Shown here in pieces: positions 25,962 to 25,990 of a stretch of 25,990 nucleotides of DNA. Below the pieces are notes generated by a model. That model searched no databases. It was not told where the DNA came from and worked only from the letters and a program-made list of their open reading frames with translations. Each line of letters starts with the position of its first letter. Position 1 is the first letter of the stretch. The position numbers and the translations under genes were made by a program. Source of the DNA: a virus (Duplodnaviria; Caudoviricetes); IMG/VR virus record IMGVR_UViG_3300014031_000006, positions 1-25,990 of that record; one strand, 5' to 3'.

Positions 25962-25990
25962 CTTTAGCGCCAGAACGTTCGCCGCCCGGA

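Noticed and set aside
1-25990. Alternative genetic code (stop-codon reassignment)
   Set aside because: Core genes are full length under the standard code, and TAA, TAG and TGA all end genes.

Overview
The whole window is the virion-morphogenesis region of a tailed dsDNA phage or prophage with a long non-contractile tail, almost all on the + strand. Order: 5'-truncated portal, an accessory insert (tiny membrane ORF, ~190-nt candidate structured RNA, Cys-rich ORF, HTH-metallophosphoesterase), scaffold, major capsid, decoration-like genes, neck genes, tail tube, tail chaperone with a -1 frameshift extension, tape measure, a GTA-type tail tip (DUF2460-, DUF2163-, NlpC/P60-, megatron-like), and a tail fibre. 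An AT-richer host-interaction block follows. It has a leftward beta-propeller glycosidase-like lipoprotein with its own sigma70-like promoter, and a rightward 990-aa DUF2341/LamG/beta-propeller protein plus two likely virion accessory genes. The main leads are the candidate ncRNA, the paired beta-propeller genes (possible receptor-binding/receptor-masking system) and a fibre N-terminal domain duplicated inside the tail-tip protein. All family assignments are from motif recognition and synteny by eye; no database search or folding program was run.
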